A stretch of DNA of 64,000 nt from Candidatus Methanofastidiosum methylothiophilum (GCA_001587575.1 LNJC01000001.1:47864-111863), one strand, 5' to 3'. Shown: positions 36,431 to 46,487, numbered from the stretch's first letter. Translations and numbers: made by a program. Notes: generated by a model not told the origin, from the sequence alone.

Positions 36431-37406
36431 TTTAAACCCATTATTAAAGAGATTAGAAGAATTGAAGGTAAAGAGAGTAGGGCTAGTATTGCCTGAAGGA
36501 TTAAAGATTTATGCAGATTATATTTCTAGCGAACTTAAAAAACATGGATATGAAGTAATAGTCTCTGGAAATTTTAATTATGGTGCCTGTGACGTTCCAA
36601 GTTTTGAGTTTGAAGAAGAATGTGATTGTTTAGTTAATTTTGGTCATGCATCTTTACCCATTGAAAGTAGTATTCCAATGATTTTCATAGAGGTTGATTT
36701 CGTTTTCCCATATATGGAGTTATTAAAAGATAACATTGATTCGATAAAGAAGGAAGGAAAAAAAGTGGGATTGGTATCAACTGTAAATTATGTGAGAGAA
36801 CTTCCAAAAGTAAAAGAATACTTAGAAAGTGAAGGATTTGAAGTAGTTATTGGGAAAGGAGATATCAGAGTAAAATATCCTGGCCAGATATTGGGGTGTG
36901 ACTTTTCCTCTGCTTCTAAAGTTTCTGATAAAGTCGATTTTTTTATTTTTGTAGGTGAGGGAAGATTTCACCCACTAGGAGTTGCAATATCTACTGAGAA
37001 AAAGGTCTTTGCTTTCGATTGTGATGGAATTTATTCACTAAATGATTACCGGGATAAGATCTTAAAGGAAAGATTTGGGGCAATTTTTAGAGCAAAAGAT
37101 TCAAAGAAATTTGGGTTAATTGTTTCATCAAAGAAAGGGCAGAAGAGGATGGCCTTAGCAAAAATACTAAAGAGGAAGATAGAAGACTCTGGATTTATTG
37201 CAGATATAATTTTGATGGATGAAGTTTCGCCTGATAAGATTTATGGTTTTGATTATGATAGCTATGTAATATGCGCATGCCCAAGGATTGGAATCGACGA
37301 TGCAAAAAGGTACAAAAAACCTTTATTGACCCCAAAAGAGCTTGAAATAGTGCTAGATGGGAAAGAAGATTATTTCATGGATGAAATAGATCAAAACGAT
37401 TTTTGA
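36393..37406 (+). CDS. dph2: Diphthamide synthesis protein Dph2 (2-(3-amino-3-carboxypropyl)histidine synthase)
   Basis: A 337-aa protein with three conserved Cys-containing subdomains and the archaeal Dph2 pattern (LPEGLKIYADYIS). Confidence 0.75.
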   Translation: MKRSGKELKYQFDLNPLLKRLEELKVKRVGLVLPEGLKIYADYISSELKKHGYEVIVSGNFNYGACDVPSFEFEEECDCLVNFGHASLPIESSIPMIFIEVDFVFPYMELLKDNIDSIKKEGKKVGLVSTVNYVRELPKVKEYLESEGFEVVIGKGDIRVKYPGQILGCDFSSASKVSDKVDFFIFVGEGRFHPLGVAISTEKKVFAFDCDGIYSLNDYRDKILKERFGAIFRAKDSKKFGLIVSSKKGQKRMALAKILKRKIEDSGFIADIILMDEVSPDKIYGFDYDSYVICACPRIGIDDAKRYKKPLLTPKELEIVLDGKEDYFMDEIDQNDF

Positions 37407-37485
37407 CGAATAATAAAATAATCAATTCGGCAATAAGGGAAATATTTAAATATTGATTTGCAATTTTATATGTAAAGGTGTACCT

Positions 37486-38367
37486 ATGAATAAGAAATAT
37501 ATTTCTTTAAGTATTGTATTGTTATTAGCGATTAGCACGTTGCCAACTCTTTTTGGGCAAACTCATATAACTCCCGGTATTATTATAGGAGAAGTTGATG
37601 GAAAAAATGAGTGTTATAGTATAAAACTACTGCAGTCCGTAAATGAAACATTACAACCTGGGCAATCTGCAACCTATTACCCGCCAAGTGGGGCTAGTGA
37701 GGATTGTATTTATTTGTTAGATATAAGTGGAAGTGATTTGAATTGTCAACTTTGTGATGATGGATGCATAGTGGGGTGTGCTGATTATAACGTGACTATA
37801 AAATTAAAAAATCAACAAGAAATGACTGAACCATTCTATTCTTGTGGGGGAGATTCAATTTCTTTTTTTTACCCTGTTCCGGGTATACTCTGGAAGGAAG
37901 TAGAATACATTAAAGTAGTTAATGATCCCCAAACTTCTCGGTGTGGAATTACTTACACTTGGAAACTATACTCACTTTGTCCATGTGAGAAGGGAAAACA
38001 AGCGCTTTACCCAAAAGTTGACATCGAACAGTTTGCAGTGACAGGCGGAGACACAATAATACGAGATGGAAAGATTTTAACAAACTTCAATGTTGTCCCC
38101 GGAGTCCAGCAGACATTTATACAGGTAGAAAACAGAGGATTCTTCACCCAAAACGATGTCAAGGTAAGGGTAATGGGGCTACCACAAGGTGTAAATGTAA
38201 ATATAACGCCTGGCACACAAAAGATTAAAGCACACAATCTAGGGACTTACCAGGCCACCTTTGAAGTAGGGTCAAATGTTCCTTCAGGCACATATAAGAT
38301 TACTATGATGGCATATTCCGACAACGGAGTATTTGACACAATTCAGATGGACCTTATAGTTCCATAA
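37486..38367 (+). CDS. Secreted cysteine-rich protein with a C-terminal CARDB/DUF11-like beta domain
   Basis: The signal peptide is MNKKYISLSIVLLLAISTLPTLFG, and the C-terminus reads QVENRGFFTQNDVKV...GTYKITMMAYSD. The ATG at 37486 has an RBS; the TTG start at 37453 is rejected. Confidence 0.5.
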   Translation: MNKKYISLSIVLLLAISTLPTLFGQTHITPGIIIGEVDGKNECYSIKLLQSVNETLQPGQSATYYPPSGASEDCIYLLDISGSDLNCQLCDDGCIVGCADYNVTIKLKNQQEMTEPFYSCGGDSISFFYPVPGILWKEVEYIKVVNDPQTSRCGITYTWKLYSLCPCEKGKQALYPKVDIEQFAVTGGDTIIRDGKILTNFNVVPGVQQTFIQVENRGFFTQNDVKVRVMGLPQGVNVNITPGTQKIKAHNLGTYQATFEVGSNVPSGTYKITMMAYSDNGVFDTIQMDLIVP

Positions 38368-38533
38368 ATTTATTTTAATTTTTTTAATTCTACTTATCAA
38401 TCAGAAACACTTATAAATGAACTTTAAATTCTTAAGTTTAGTAGCATTACTAGTTTTGAGAGGGCACTTGCTCAATTTTTGAACATTTCGCTTTTTCTAT
38501 GGGCAATGCTGAATTTAATAAGAGGTAAATAGA

Positions 38534-39763
38534 ATGAATTTTGAAAGCTTAGGCTTAAGTAGAGAGCTACTTATCGCCATAAAAAAATTAGGATTTAGCA
38601 CACCAACAGAGATACAAAAAATGTCTATACCTGACATTATGGCGGGTAAAGATATTATTGGAGAATCATCAACAGGCTCAGGCAAAACATTGGCCTTTGG
38701 ATGCGGAATAGTTGAGCAACTAAGTCCAAAAGAAGGATTACAAGCACTAGTTCTCACACCAACTAGAGAACTTGCTGAACAAGTTAAAGAATCACTTAGA
38801 CAGATTTCAACTCAGAAAAATTTGAAAGTTATTCCTGTATATGGTGGGGTATCGATTAATCAACAGATTAAAGATATACCAAAAGCCCATGTAGTTATAG
38901 CTACGCCGGGCAGATTAATGGATCACCTTCAAAGAGGAACAATTAATCTTTCTAAGATAAAAATACTCGTGCTAGACGAAGCAGACAGAATGCTTGACAT
39001 GGGATTCTTAGAAGATGTAGAAAAAATAATAATGGAATGTCCAACTAACAGACAAACTTTATTCTTCTCTGCAACTATTTCAAGAGACATCAAAAGATTG
39101 GCAAACAAATATATGATTAAACCAACAAGTGTCTCAGCAGAAAAGATGGTCGACCCAGAAAAACTAAAACAAGTGTACTACGACATACCTAGAAACATGA
39201 AGTTATCCCTTCTTGTGCACCTATTAAATACTGAAAACTCAGATCTTGCAATGATATTCTGTAACACTAGAAACACAACAGATTATGTTGTTAAAAATCT
39301 CCGGGCAAATAACATTAGAGCAATTCCAATTCACGGTGGATTGACACAAAACAAGCGTACAAAAAATATTAAACAATTCAACGATGCTAAAGCCGGTGTA
39401 TTAGTATGTACTGATGTTGCCGCTAGAGGCCTTCACATAGATAATGTTTCTCACATCTATAACTACGACATATCAAATGATTCTAACGATTATGTTCACA
39501 GAATAGGCAGAACTGCAAGAGCCGGAGAGTCCGGAAAAGTAATTAACCTTTTGACAGACAGAGACTACAATAACTTTACAAAAATACTTGATACCTATCC
39601 ATCATTTACAATAGAAAGCGTAGAAAGACCTTACTTGAAAAAAATAATGGCTATAACAGTAGATAATGAAAGATATTCTCAAGATCAAAGAAGGCACTCT
39701 CAGAAGGACAGAAGACACTCTCAAAGAAGAAACAAATCACGCAGCTACCACAAAGGTAATTAA
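38534..39763 (+). CDS. DEAD-box ATP-dependent RNA helicase with an Arg/Ser-rich C-terminal tail
   Basis: The Q motif, the Walker A motif GSGKTLAF, DEAD, SAT and HRIGRTAR are all present. The tail reads RRHSQKDRRHSQRRNKSRSYHKGN. Confidence 0.85.
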   Translation: MNFESLGLSRELLIAIKKLGFSTPTEIQKMSIPDIMAGKDIIGESSTGSGKTLAFGCGIVEQLSPKEGLQALVLTPTRELAEQVKESLRQISTQKNLKVIPVYGGVSINQQIKDIPKAHVVIATPGRLMDHLQRGTINLSKIKILVLDEADRMLDMGFLEDVEKIIMECPTNRQTLFFSATISRDIKRLANKYMIKPTSVSAEKMVDPEKLKQVYYDIPRNMKLSLLVHLLNTENSDLAMIFCNTRNTTDYVVKNLRANNIRAIPIHGGLTQNKRTKNIKQFNDAKAGVLVCTDVAARGLHIDNVSHIYNYDISNDSNDYVHRIGRTARAGESGKVINLLTDRDYNNFTKILDTYPSFTIESVERPYLKKIMAITVDNERYSQDQRRHSQKDRRHSQRRNKSRSYHKGN

Positions 39764-39825
39764 TAATATTTTTTCTTCTATTTTTTAATAGTTAAATTTA
39801 ATTATTCTAAATTTTATTTATATTC

Positions 39826-40512
39826 ATGAAAGGTGTAAAAAAGCACTTTGAAGAAGAAGCTTCAGAATTTGACAATATTATTGTTAAATTGGTTCCAGAC
39901 TATATCCAAATGATCGATGCCCTAGTTTCTTCTATTCCTTTTAACAAAAAAAATTCCTTCAATGTAATCGACCTAGGATGTGGAACTGGATATGTTTCAA
40001 TGAAGATAAAAGAAAGATTCCCAGATTCAAATCTCACATGCCTTGACTTTGCCGAAAACATGATTGCACAAGCCAAAATACGATTGAACAAATACAAAAA
40101 TGTAAATTTTTATCTTCAAGACATAAGAAAATTTGAATTTGATAAAAATTATGATGCTGTAGTATCCTCTTTAGCGCTTCACCACTTAGAAACAAAAAAA
40201 GAGAAAATTAAGTTCTATACCAAAATATTTAATTCCCTATCAGAAGGAGGAGTTTTCTATAACGCTGATATCATTTTAGGTTCAAGTGAATCCCTTCATA
40301 AATTATACATCGCTAAATGGAAAGATTTTATGGCTCAAAGCCTTCCAGGAGATGAAATAGAGGATACATGGATGGCAAAGCACCATAAAGAGGATAGGCC
40401 TGAAATACTCCTAGATCAACTTTCTTGGCTAAAAGAAATTGGATTTAGTGAAATTGATGTTGTGTGGAAATACTATAACTTTGCAGTATATGGAGGGACA
40501 AAACCTAAATAA
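39826..40512 (+). CDS. Class I SAM-dependent methyltransferase
   Basis: It has motif I VIDLGCGTGYVS. Confidence 0.65.
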   Translation: MKGVKKHFEEEASEFDNIIVKLVPDYIQMIDALVSSIPFNKKNSFNVIDLGCGTGYVSMKIKERFPDSNLTCLDFAENMIAQAKIRLNKYKNVNFYLQDIRKFEFDKNYDAVVSSLALHHLETKKEKIKFYTKIFNSLSEGGVFYNADIILGSSESLHKLYIAKWKDFMAQSLPGDEIEDTWMAKHHKEDRPEILLDQLSWLKEIGFSEIDVVWKYYNFAVYGGTKPK

Positions 40513-40783
40513 ATAATTTTTTTGGAATTGAAATAACAAGTCCCTCTACATCTTTTTTAAAAAGAATTTCTCCACCTCTATTAAAAATTATTTTTATCCT
40601 ATGGAATGGAATAGTCTTTGTTTCAAAATGAATGCCTGTACCATCAAAATGTGAAATGTCGCTACACCTGATGTACCTCAAAGTTGGCCTTTTCTCTACC
40701 CAGTGAAGATATCCTATACCATAATTATCGGGATCCTCTCCTCCATAGAATATCTTTGATAGAATGTTTTTAGATTGATTCAC
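40505..40783 (-). CDS. UPF0248 / DUF504 family small protein
   Basis: The stretch EDPDNYGIGYLHW...IPFHRIKIIFNRGGEILFKK matches the archaeal UPF0248 pattern, assigned from memory. Confidence 0.45.
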   Translation of the reverse strand: MNQSKNILSKIFYGGEDPDNYGIGYLHWVEKRPTLRYIRCSDISHFDGTGIHFETKTIPFHRIKIIFNRGGEILFKKDVEGLVISIPKKLFI

Positions 40784-40865
40784 AAAATTATCTCAAACTC
40801 ATTATATTAAACATTAATTGAAATTTATATATAAATTTATATACTTAAAGAAAATAACTATAGGC

Positions 40866-41576
40866 ATGGATGAAACTAAATTAGAACGTTATTTTGAGAT
40901 TCCAATGATTATTTTTGGGATTCTCGTGCTTCCTGTTTTGTACATACAATTGACAAGCACAATACCTCTTTTGAGGCTAATAGCATATGTAATAGATATT
41001 TTAATTTGGCTTGCTTTTGTCTTTGAGTTTGTGGCAATGATTTCAGCCACCAAAGACAAAAGAAATTATGTGAAGACAAATTGGTTAAATCTAGCTATTA
41101 TTTTATTGACCCCTCCTTTGCCTTTGAGAGGTTTGGCGGGATTGGAAGGTTTAAGGATACTAAGAATTCTCAGAGTATTGAGGGTGTTTGTTGTTATGGG
41201 CAGAGGAACAAAAGGATTTAAAAAATTCTATGCTAAAAATTCGATCAACTACGTTTTGTATCTCACAGTTATTTTAGTTTTTATCTGTGGATTTATTTTT
41301 TCTTTATTTGAAAAAGGCAAATCTTTTTTTGACGGAATTTGGTGGGCCATAGAAACTGTTTCAACAGTTGGATACGGGGACATTGCACCAATTACACCTG
41401 CTGGGAGGGCCCTCGGCATAGTCCTTATCTTTTTAGGAATTGGTTTCATGTCAATGCTCACTGCAGCAATTTCTGCTTATTTTGTAGAGAAAGACTCAAA
41501 CAGAGAAATGAAACAAATTCTTGAAAAACTTGATATGCTAGGAAAAGAGATTGAAGAGCTAAAAAAGAATAAGTAA
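40866..41576 (+). CDS. Voltage-sensor-containing K+ channel (KvAP/MVP-like)
   Basis: It has an S4 helix with periodic Arg residues (LRILRILRVLRVFVV), the selectivity filter TVGYGD, and a C-terminal coiled coil. The start at 40866 is preferred; the upstream 40818-40865 segment looks like an AT-rich promoter. Confidence 0.7.
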   Translation: MDETKLERYFEIPMIIFGILVLPVLYIQLTSTIPLLRLIAYVIDILIWLAFVFEFVAMISATKDKRNYVKTNWLNLAIILLTPPLPLRGLAGLEGLRILRILRVLRVFVVMGRGTKGFKKFYAKNSINYVLYLTVILVFICGFIFSLFEKGKSFFDGIWWAIETVSTVGYGDIAPITPAGRALGIVLIFLGIGFMSMLTAAISAYFVEKDSNREMKQILEKLDMLGKEIEELKKNK

Positions 41577-41579
41577 GAG

Positions 41580-41651
41580 TGGACTGGGTGGGATTTGAAC
41601 CCACGGCCTCTCCCATGCCAAGGGAGTGCGCTTCCACTGCGCTACCAGCCC
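41580..41651 (-). tRNA. tRNA-Ala (anticodon GGC)
   Basis: The reverse complement GGGCTGGTAGCGCAGTGGAAGCGCACTCCCTTGGCATGGGAGAGGCCGTGGGTTCAAATCCCACCCAGTCCA folds as a 72-nt cloverleaf with a G3:U70 Ala identity pair and a GTTCAAATC T-loop. The CCA end is not encoded. Confidence 0.85.
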
Positions 41652-41674
41652 TAGATTTAATCATTAAAGTTTAA

Positions 41675-41684
41675 TTTATAAAAT
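41675..41684 (-). promoter_or_regulatory. TATA box (TTTTATAAAT on the minus strand) about 25 nt upstream of the tRNA-Ala 5' end
   Basis: Its spacing is that of a classic archaeal promoter. Confidence 0.5.
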
Positions 41685-41723
41685 TAATGGAGTCAAATTA
41701 CATTGTAATTAGAAAAAAATCAA

Positions 41724-42584
41724 TTAATTTTTATTAAGCTCTCGGCCCATCTTTATGAGTTTTAAGACCCTGAAAACGTTTTCTTCAGACGGAGAAACTA
41801 TAAAGTCATCAGAAGCTTCAACACGGTCAAGCCCAAGTATGCCTATGGCCTTTCGTATCTCAGAAGCAGTTGGCGATTGGTCATTAGAGATTTTTGACCA
41901 GTAGCTCTCAAGATCAAATATATTCAAAATCTTTGCCTCAAGATCTTTATATCTTGCCTCGAGTTCAAAAATCTTGTCATCTTTAGCAGTAAGTTCTTTT
42001 TTAAGTTCAGAATTCTCAAGCTCTATTTCATTCTTTTCAACATTTAATCTGTCTATGTCTTCTTCAAGTTTGGTAATTAAATCCTTCTCTCCCTCAAACC
42101 CGTCTAGAGTCTCTTCAAAAGTTTTTATCTTTTTGTTTAAATCCTCGTTTTCATTTTTTAAAGAGGATAATTCTCCCTCAAGAGAGCGTATTAATTTTTC
42201 CTTTTGTATCACAGCGCCCATCGATTTAAGGGACTTTAAACCAATTCTGACAAGGCTATTTTTTATCTCTTTAGAAACTAAAAAAAGATCTGTATGCTCA
42301 AGGTCACGCCCTTTAGGAAATTTGACCCTTTCAAGTATAACTCCATTTCCTTTAAGTTCTTCAAAAAGTCTGTCGGAGAGTTCCCTACCGGGTCTATCTG
42401 CATCTGTTGCAATTAAAACAATATCCGCACCAACTATTGATTTTTTAGCAATCTCAACGTTGGTAGTAGGAATTATAGAAGAGATTGTAACTCCAAATTC
42501 AGAACCCAAGGCTAAATCTTGTATAGCCTTTGACAAGGTTTCAATATCTGAAACTCCTTCTACTATAATCCTTGTGTCAATCAT
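41724..42584 (-). CDS. Toprim-domain protein with a central coiled coil
   Basis: The N-terminal Toprim domain ([14 protein letters not shown]...[15 protein letters not shown]) is followed by a ~120-aa coiled coil. It is co-directional with L37e and overlaps its stop by 4 nt. Confidence 0.6.
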   Translation of the reverse strand: MIDTRIIVEGVSDIETLSKAIQDLALGSEFGVTISSIIPTTNVEIAKKSIVGADIVLIATDADRPGRELSDRLFEELKGNGVILERVKFPKGRDLEHTDLFLVSKEIKNSLVRIGLKSLKSMGAVIQKEKLIRSLEGELSSLKNENEDLNKKIKTFEETLDGFEGEKDLITKLEEDIDRLNVEKNEIELENSELKKELTAKDDKIFELEARYKDLEAKILNIFDLESYWSKISNDQSPTASEIRKAIGILGLDRVEASDDFIVSPSEENVFRVLKLIKMGRELNKN

Positions 42585-42745
42585 TTCCTCTTACACCAAT
42601 TGTAGCTTCTCATCTTTGCAGATTTACCAAAGCCACATGATGCGCAGACGCCATGAGAAGCATGATAAGAATGATTTCCACACCTTCTGCATCTCACATG
42701 TGTTTTATTGTTCCTCTTACCGTAGGAAGGTGTTCCTTTACTCAT
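42581..42745 (-). CDS. rpl37e: 50S ribosomal protein L37e, 54 aa, below the ORF-track size cutoff
   Basis: The reverse-strand translation [54 protein letters not shown] shows the C4 zinc ribbon typical of L37e. It lies between the Sm gene and the Toprim gene. Confidence 0.85.
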   Translation of the reverse strand: MSKGTPSYGKRNNKTHVRCRRCGNHSYHASHGVCASCGFGKSAKMRSYNWCKRK

Positions 42746-42746
42746 A

Positions 42747-42977
42747 TTAATCCTCCAAACTTGGTGAAATCAAAACAACGTTGTCTCCCCTTACAACTAC
42801 ATGTCCTAACTTTCTTACAGATTCTCCGTTCTGAAGCTCTTCAGCAGCCTCCATTACAAGATTCATATGAATGTCATAACCTTTAAGAGTTCCTCTGAAC
42901 TCTCTACCGCCTTTAAGCTCTACTAGGACATTGGAATCCAAAGCTCTGTGTATGATGTCGAGTGGTCTTTGAGCCAA
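42747..42977 (-). CDS. Sm-like archaeal protein SmAP1
   Basis: The motifs [25 protein letters not shown] and [13 protein letters not shown] match SmAP1. The gene is immediately upstream of L37e, which is the conserved archaeal arrangement. Confidence 0.8.
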   Translation of the reverse strand: MAQRPLDIIHRALDSNVLVELKGGREFRGTLKGYDIHMNLVMEAAEELQNGESVRKLGHVVVRGDNVVLISPSLED

Positions 42978-43089
42978 TATATCACCTATTATGAAAACAT
43001 CATGGAATAGTATTTAAAGTTAACGGCGGAATATTTCAAAAAAATTTCCCTATAAACTTAAATACATAATAAAGTAATATAAAAGTTAT

Positions 43090-43587
43090 ATGAAGAAAAA
43101 ATCGCTTCACGACCTAAAAAAAGGTGAAATAAAAGATGCTTTAACTTCCATTCGAAATCTTTTCGGAGAAAACATTTTACAAAGCATAGATGCCAAGTCT
43201 TCATTTAAAATCTCAAATTTAGATGAAAACATTGACATAATATATGTAAACGATTCACCTTCTTTTTTGAAACTGAAAAATAATTTCATCCCGTCCTTGA
43301 AACTTTTAATATCACTTAAAAAAGACGAGATCCCTAGAAGAATAGTAATTGATATGGGCGCAGTTCCATTTATATCTAAAGGGGCAGATGTCATGCGGCC
43401 GGGAATAAAAGAAGTAGATCCAAAAATAGAAAAAGATGGGCCGGTGATAATTTTAGACGAAAAACATGGGAAGCCAATTGCAGTTGGTATTGCAATGTAC
43501 AGTTCTGAAGAGATATCTTCAATGAAAGAAGGGAAGGTGATAAAGACCCTTCACTACGTCGGGGATAAAATCTGGCAAGGGCTTTGA
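43090..43587 (+). CDS. PUA-domain RNA-binding protein
   Basis: A C-terminal PUA-like segment (GADVMRPGIKEVDPKIEKDGPVIILDEKHGKPIAVGIAMYSSEE) is present. Confidence 0.55.
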   Translation: MKKKSLHDLKKGEIKDALTSIRNLFGENILQSIDAKSSFKISNLDENIDIIYVNDSPSFLKLKNNFIPSLKLLISLKKDEIPRRIVIDMGAVPFISKGADVMRPGIKEVDPKIEKDGPVIILDEKHGKPIAVGIAMYSSEEISSMKEGKVIKTLHYVGDKIWQGL

Positions 43588-45327
43588 CTATTTAACGGTA
43601 ACAGACTTTGCAAGATTCCTTGGCTTATCTATCGGAAGTCCTTTTTTTCTTGCAATATAGTATGTCAGGAGCTGGCCTATGATAACAGAAAGAATTGCAA
43701 ATTTTCCATCATTTATTGTTACGTCAATCTTAAAGTCAGAATCCATCATGTTAGCTATTTTAATTACTCTTGCCCCTCTAGCCTCAACTTCCTTTGCATT
43801 TGAGTACATGTCAAAATCTTTTCCAGGGATCAATGCTATAACTGGAGTACCGGGCTCAATCAATGCTATAGTTCCGTGTTTTAATTCTCCTCCCATCATA
43901 CCTTCTGCATGAATATAAGAAATCTCTTTTAACTTCAAAGCCACTTCCCTAGAAGGAGGATAAGACAAACCTCTTCCGATTATATATATGTCCTTTTTCT
44001 CATAAAGCTCATCGGCCATCTTTTTAATGGCCTCTTCGTTTTCTTTTATCACATAATCTATTTTTTCAGGGATAGTTTTCATGTTGACTGAAAATCCCAA
44101 TAAGTGTGAAAGATACAAAAGTGCAACAATCTGGTTTGTAAATGTCTTAGTAGCTGCCACGCATATTTCAGGTCCAGCGTGAATTTCAAGAGAGATATCA
44201 GACATCCTCTGAAGTGTTGAGTGTGGAACATTAACAAGCGATACTATCTTAGCCCCTCTATCTCTTGCCCACTTTGTTGCAGCCACGACATCCATTGTTT
44301 CACCACTCTGAGATATTGCAATGAAGAGGGTATCCTTATCAACAAGCATAAAATTCTGGAATTCACTTGCGATAAGTGTGTGGGCATTTACACCGACTCT
44401 GTTGAGGAAATAAATTCCAAGAAGAGAAGCATAATAAGAACTTCCTGCAGCAGTAAATACGACTCTCTTTGAGCTCTTGATAAGGCTAGCTATCTTATTG
44501 ACCTTATCATGCTGCTCAACATCAAGAGAATTAATCAATCTTTGAGCAGATATCGGCTGCTCATGGATCTCCTTTAGCATGTAATGCGGATAATCATGAA
44601 CTGATTCTTCTTGAGAGATTGCCCAGCTGAATTCGTATGTTCCTTTTTTCAATTCATCGCCATTTTTATCGTAAAAAGCATATCTATCAGGATCTATTAT
44701 TGCAAACTCCTCATCTTCAAAAAAAATTGCCTTATTGGTATTATCTGAAAATGCATAAATATCAGAGGCCAAATAGAACCTGTCTTTTGCAAGTCCCAAA
44801 ACAAGAGGAGAATCCTTCTTTATGGCATAAATCCTGTTCTTACCTTTCTCAATTATAAGTATGGCATATGTTCCTTCAATCCTTTTGATGAAAGACTTTA
44901 TGGCTTCAATCATATTTTTAGATTTAAGCTCTTCTTCAAAAAAATGTGAAATTACCTCAGAGTCAGTTTCTGTAATAAAAACATGGCCTTTTGAAATAAG
45001 CTCTTTTTTTAAATCTTCGTAATTTTCAATAATCCCATTGTGAACAGTAAATATATTCTTATGACAATCCCAGTGTGGATGGGAATTTGTTTTTGTGACT
45101 CCTCCATGTGTCGCCCATCTTGTATGAGAAATCGCACATGAAGTTGTGGAATCTTTTATGTTATCCATGAATTTAGATATTTCGCCTACCTCTTTTTCTA
45201 CATTACCTTGTGAATCAGCGTAGCCTACCGAGTCATAACCTCTGTATTCAAGCCTTTTTAAGGACTTTAAGAGGTCATTTTTTATCGATACATTGCCTCC
45301 ATTGATAATTCCTACGATTCCACACAT
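43588..45327 (-). CDS. glmS: Glutamine--fructose-6-phosphate aminotransferase
   Basis: The N-terminal nucleophile is MCGIVGI, with the start set at the second Met of the ORF. Two SIS domains and the C-terminal motif KSVTVE-like are present. Confidence 0.85.
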   Translation of the reverse strand: MCGIVGIINGGNVSIKNDLLKSLKRLEYRGYDSVGYADSQGNVEKEVGEISKFMDNIKDSTTSCAISHTRWATHGGVTKTNSHPHWDCHKNIFTVHNGIIENYEDLKKELISKGHVFITETDSEVISHFFEEELKSKNMIEAIKSFIKRIEGTYAILIIEKGKNRIYAIKKDSPLVLGLAKDRFYLASDIYAFSDNTNKAIFFEDEEFAIIDPDRYAFYDKNGDELKKGTYEFSWAISQEESVHDYPHYMLKEIHEQPISAQRLINSLDVEQHDKVNKIASLIKSSKRVVFTAAGSSYYASLLGIYFLNRVGVNAHTLIASEFQNFMLVDKDTLFIAISQSGETMDVVAATKWARDRGAKIVSLVNVPHSTLQRMSDISLEIHAGPEICVAATKTFTNQIVALLYLSHLLGFSVNMKTIPEKIDYVIKENEEAIKKMADELYEKKDIYIIGRGLSYPPSREVALKLKEISYIHAEGMMGGELKHGTIALIEPGTPVIALIPGKDFDMYSNAKEVEARGARVIKIANMMDSDFKIDVTINDGKFAILSVIIGQLLTYYIARKKGLPIDKPRNLAKSVTVK

Positions 45328-45512
45328 TAAACCACACAAATAATGCCTTTGCTGTCTATTTTAAAGTTTCGGGTGAAACACTTTTTTATTAAGTATATTG
45401 TAAAACAATAATGACTAAAAAAACGAAATAAAAGCTAATTTGGGCTTCATTCAATTTCTAGCGCTGTATTATGCCATAAAACCTTTTAAATATAGGTAAT
45501 TAATTATTTTCA

Positions 45513-46487
45513 ATGAACGAGCATCTAAAATCAATGATTTCTGATAAAACATTTAATGAAAAGATAGAGGAAATTAAAGAAACCCACATATCATATGTCT
45601 TTCTAACAAAAAAGCACGCATATAAAATAAAAAAGGATATTAAATATCCATTCCTTGATTACTCAACTCTCAATAAAAGAGAACTCTATTGCATAGAAGA
45701 GTATAGAATTAACAAGTTATTGTGTCCTGACATGTATCTTAAAGTTTCACCATTGATAAAAGATGGTGATGTTTTAGTTCTCTCAGATGCCGGATTGCCC
45801 CTTGAATACACTATAGTAATGAAGAGGCTTCCTGAAAAATACATAATGAGAAACCTAATAGGAAAAAACAAGATTACAAAAGATATAGTCGAAGAAATAG
45901 CATTGAAGATACTACTTTTCCATAAAATGGCAAAAGTCGACTCTAATGGAAAATATGGGTCTTTAGCCAACGTAAAAAAGAACGTTATGGATAACTTCAA
46001 GGATTTGGAATTTTTCATAGGCGAACTATTTTCAAGCGATGAGTTCAATACTCTTATTGGAAAAAATCTTGAGTTCATTAATAATAATGCTGCACTTTTT
46101 GAAAGAAGAGTTAAAAAAGGCAAAATACTAGAAACTCATGGAGACCTTCATTCTGGGAATATTTTTGTCACTCCAAAAGATACCTATATCTTTGATGCAA
46201 TTGAATTCAACCCAGCAATTAACACAACAGACGTTGCAGCCGAGATTGCATTCCTATGCATGGATTTAGAGTTTCTTGGGAGAGAAGACCTTTCTAAAGC
46301 CTTCTCTGATAAATATATCCTAGAGAGTAATGACAAGGAAATACAAAAACTGCTTTTATTCTATAAATGTTATAGGGCATGTGTTCGGGCAAAGGTAAAT
46401 GGATACAGGGCTGCAGTAGATAGCTCTGCCAAAGAACTTACAAAGAAATACTTCTATTTGGCTTTAAAATACGCGGGGGAGTTATAG
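45513..46487 (+). CDS. APH/choline-kinase-family small-molecule phosphotransferase
   Basis: It carries the Brenner motif HGDLHSGNIFV and a DxxE-like downstream motif. Confidence 0.55.
   Translation: MNEHLKSMISDKTFNEKIEEIKETHISYVFLTKKHAYKIKKDIKYPFLDYSTLNKRELYCIEEYRINKLLCPDMYLKVSPLIKDGDVLVLSDAGLPLEYTIVMKRLPEKYIMRNLIGKNKITKDIVEEIALKILLFHKMAKVDSNGKYGSLANVKKNVMDNFKDLEFFIGELFSSDEFNTLIGKNLEFINNNAALFERRVKKGKILETHGDLHSGNIFVTPKDTYIFDAIEFNPAINTTDVAAEIAFLCMDLEFLGREDLSKAFSDKYILESNDKEIQKLLLFYKCYRACVRAKVNGYRAAVDSSAKELTKKYFYLALKYAGEL

Noticed and set aside
41458-41664. 68-aa ORF on the minus strand
   Set aside because: It overlaps tRNA-Ala entirely.
41974-42750. 258-aa Ser-rich ORF on the plus strand
   Set aside because: It is antisense to the Toprim gene and ribosomal protein L37e, both of which have conserved motifs. 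Its low-complexity composition is typical of antisense reading of an AT-rich gene.
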